64,000 nt of DNA from Amoebophrya sp. A120 (taxonomy: Eukaryota > Protista > Dinoflagellata). The DNA lies in the NCBI GenBank assembly GCA_905178155.1, contig CAJINV010000003.1, forward strand, positions 4,623,863 through 4,687,862, in the 5' to 3' direction. The position numbers were made by a program, and so were the translations under genes. This document shows positions 61,106 through 64,000 of this stretch, one piece after another; the stretch's first letter is position 1, and every line of letters begins with the position of its first letter. The notes below the pieces were generated by a model. The model was not told the origin of the DNA, did no database searches, and worked only from the letters and a program-made list of their open reading frames with translations.

Positions 61106-62717
61106 ATGGCGTTCGTCCGTCGCGCGTCGCGGCACCGGGCGAGTTTAGGGGACGCCGAGTTCCCCTACGAGGCCGGGCGGTATGTGCTCTACGTCTCCTA
61201 CGCCTGCCCGTGGGCGAATCGGGCCGCGCTGGTGGCGAAACTGAAGGGTTTGGACGAGAAAGTTCTTCCAATCGTGTCCGTGCATCCCACGTGGCAGCGC
61301 ACGAAGCCGGGCGTGGACTCGCACTGCGGCTGGGTGTTCCGCGCGCCGGGTGCCGGCGTGGTCCCACCCCCTCGCCCTCCTGGACAATGTCACCGCGCAG
61401 GAGGGCAAGGTGGCCAAGGGCTCCGCGCTGAACGAGGTGAGTGCGGCGGGCGAGGCGGGCAAGCAGACCGAAATTCGCACGGCGAACTGCGGGGTGGACA
61501 GCTATTCGGGCTGGAACTGCCGCACGCTGCGCGAGCTCTACGAGAAGTGCGGCGACTCGCTCGAGACCGGGGGAAAATTCACCACGCCGCTGTTGTTCGA
61601 CCGGAAACAGCGCAAAATCGTGAATAACGAGTATTTTGAGTAAAAACGCCCCCACCCCAGAGTTGTCATGCAAATCTGCACGCCAAAAAAGTTAAAGTTT
61701 CTCATGCGGAGCGCCATGAGAGGCATTTTTTACCCGTTTTTTGGAAAAATTTGTGACGCTATAATCAGCATGATATACTAGAACTGTGATGCTGCTGAAT
61801 CAACAGCAGGATTACTCTACGAGGACAAATTTGTCATGCCAAACGACCAAAGCTGGCTGATTTGTCTAGCAGATTCCCCATGTTGACTCTGGTGTGGGGA
61901 CGTTTTTACAAATGATAACGAGTCCTCGGAAATCATTCTGCAGCTGAACAATTGGCCGGCCGACGCGAGCAACGGCGCGACCACCGGAAGTGTGGATTTG
62001 TGTATGATCGGAAATGGAGAAGGCGTAGACTTTGCATTTTTGTAGACTGGAGGTAAAGCAGCTCCTGGTTTCGTCGCTGAGGACGAGAATTTTTTTATGC
62101 GCAACATACTGATTCACTTTCAACACAGTTCGAATTCTCGGTCGGAGCAGAGGATCAAGATTACCGCAGCAAAAATCTGTACTCTCGCACATAGGAAGTT
62201 GAGAAGCAATCCTTTATTTTCCCGATCCATACCCGACCCTCTTCATTTGAAGAAGGATATCGACGAGTGGAACGAGTTCACCTACGACCGCATCAACGAC
62301 GGCGTGTACCAGTGCGGGTTTGCGCGCACCCAGGTCGCGTACGACCGGGCGGTGGAGAAGCTTTCGACCAGCATGCAGAAGCTCGAGGACCGGTTCGCGG
62401 AGGAACCAAACCGCGCGTTTCTGGTCGGCGACCAGCTCACGATTGCCGACGTCCGGCTGTTTCAAACTTTAGTTCGCATGGACGAGTGCTACGTGATCTA
62501 CTTCAAGTGCTACGCCGCGAGTCTGCGAAATTTCCCATTCCTCTTGCGGTACACCGTGCGGATCTACCAGATGCCCGAGGTCCAGGCCTGCACCTTTGTC
62601 CGGGACTGCAAGATCCACTATTTCACCTCGCACCCGCACCTGAATGCGTTCGCCGTGGTCCCGCGGGATTCACAGGTCGTCGAATTGCTGGAGCAACCAC
62701 CCGACACGCTGATCTAA
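61106..62717 (+). CDS. Glutathionyl-hydroquinone reductase (ECM4/YqjG-type GST), with a +1 frameshift near 61362-61371
   Basis: GRYVLYVSYACPWANR, GWVF, FTTPLLFD...IVNNESSEII, INDGVYQCGFARTQ, LTIADVRLFQTLVRMD, KIHYFTSH. Confidence 0.92.
61632..61922 (+). mobile_element. Introner (element 61632-61917 plus TSD acgag)
   Basis: ~48-bp imperfect TIR (tattttgagtaaaaacgcccccaccccagagt vs reverse complement tatcatttgtaaaaacgtccccacaccagagt); removal restores IVNNE|SSEII. Confidence 0.92.
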
Positions 62718-64000
62718 TATCCACGGGACAGAGGACGGTTGGAGGGAAGAAGGGCGAGGTTTGTCATGCGGTCAAAGGTTGATGTGGTTCTTGCGCTCAA
62801 GGAGAGACAGTCACAGCAAGTGTCTCTGAGTCGTTAGAACGCATGCATGAGACGGACATTGGAGTCTCATTTTGCATCCTCCTTGTATCGCATGAGAAAC
62901 TTGAAGATGCCTTCATTCCACCCCAGCACGGCCACCTTTCCCGGACGATAAAAGCTCCAAGAGTGGCGCGTCGAAGGGTCTACTCGGCTTTTTGCGAGAT
63001 TTTTTCACAAAGAGAATTTGTTGAGGGCGTAGTTCTTCCGCGGGAGCCGTGGTTTAGGTTTTAATTGATCAGAAGATAAACACTATGTCCAGTTAAAGAA
63101 CCAATTCTGTCCTCACCTGGCACTGCTACCACCAGCAGGGGCAAGAATGCGCAGGGTCTATTTTTATTTTTCCGGTTGTGCTGGGGCTGCTAGGACAATT
63201 GCTGTGATGGAACAACGAACAAGCATGCCACAAGATGACGCGGAGCAAGCGCATGGACGCATGGATAGAATTTACACGAATTTTTGAAGAATAAGATAGG
63301 TACAGACGTTGTCGTGATACCGCTAGAGTTGTTCTTGATCGGTGGACGAAAGTGGTGAAGTTGTTGTAGCTACTTTGACCACTAGAATAAGGAATCAGAA
63401 TCCAACTACACGCTAGCCGTTGCTCGTACCACCCTCGCTGGAATTCTTACGCTCATCCAGCGCGATTCGATCAGATGCTGGACGGAAAATGTCCATGAAA
63501 AGCGTTTCATGCAGCAATACACTGGTTTGATGAAGGAAAGCGCTGCACTTCCAGTGGGGCCGGCTGTAGCAGTTTCAGAATAGCGTTCAGAACGAACGGA
63601 TGGCACTGTCGCTGAAAGAGTTTTTTTCTGAAATGTTTCGTGTCCAGATTCCAGAACCACACGGCAGGGAAACGATGCGGATCAAAGGTTTCGCTCACGT
63701 TGGAAACTTAGCACGAGCGTGTTCAGAAGATTTTCTCTCAGATCCTCTCTTGCACTCACTGTTCGTTCTTGTTGCTTCGGTGCCACGAGTTTAGCGATCT
63801 CCCTTCATGTTAGTCATCTGCTTCTCTGATCTTGTTTTTTCTGCTGAAAGGAGCCGATGAGCCCGGATCATTTTTCAGGTAGGGCAGACGTCAAGGCTGG
63901 TTCTACTCTGATCTCTGATCCCATATCTTGCAGCTCACGTTGAGCGTGCCATACGAGCACTTTGTTTTTGTTGATCGTGTGGTCGATCTTGGTCTTTCTC

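Overview
Eukaryotic, intron-rich protist DNA. The pattern of co-oriented genes, ~100-310 nt introns and non-canonical inverted-repeat introns most resembles the parasitic dinoflagellate relative Amoebophrya (Syndiniales); this taxon call is inference. About 19 protein genes can be built, all on the + strand. They include a DOT1-like methyltransferase, TEX9, two polycystin-2-like channels, RPL21, an EF-hand protein, a kinesin-3, GPI8/PIG-K and a glutathionyl-hydroquinone reductase. The main signal is a set of seven coding-sequence insertions that cannot be removed by GT-AG splicing. Five are clear and two are decayed. They share a terminus motif TAY-N7-AAAA-N-YG, terminal inverted repeats (TIRs) and 5-bp target-site duplications (TSDs), and removing element plus one TSD restores the reading frame exactly. 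One family occurs in both orientations, one element carries a nested 1.1-kb TIR element, and a 1.27-kb relative sits in a 3' UTR. There is also a fold-back satellite (48.9-50.9 kb) and a hairpin/tandem-repeat element (59.2-60.6 kb). No transposase, tRNA, rRNA or CRISPR array was seen. Exon boundaries were placed by eye and need RNA-seq.
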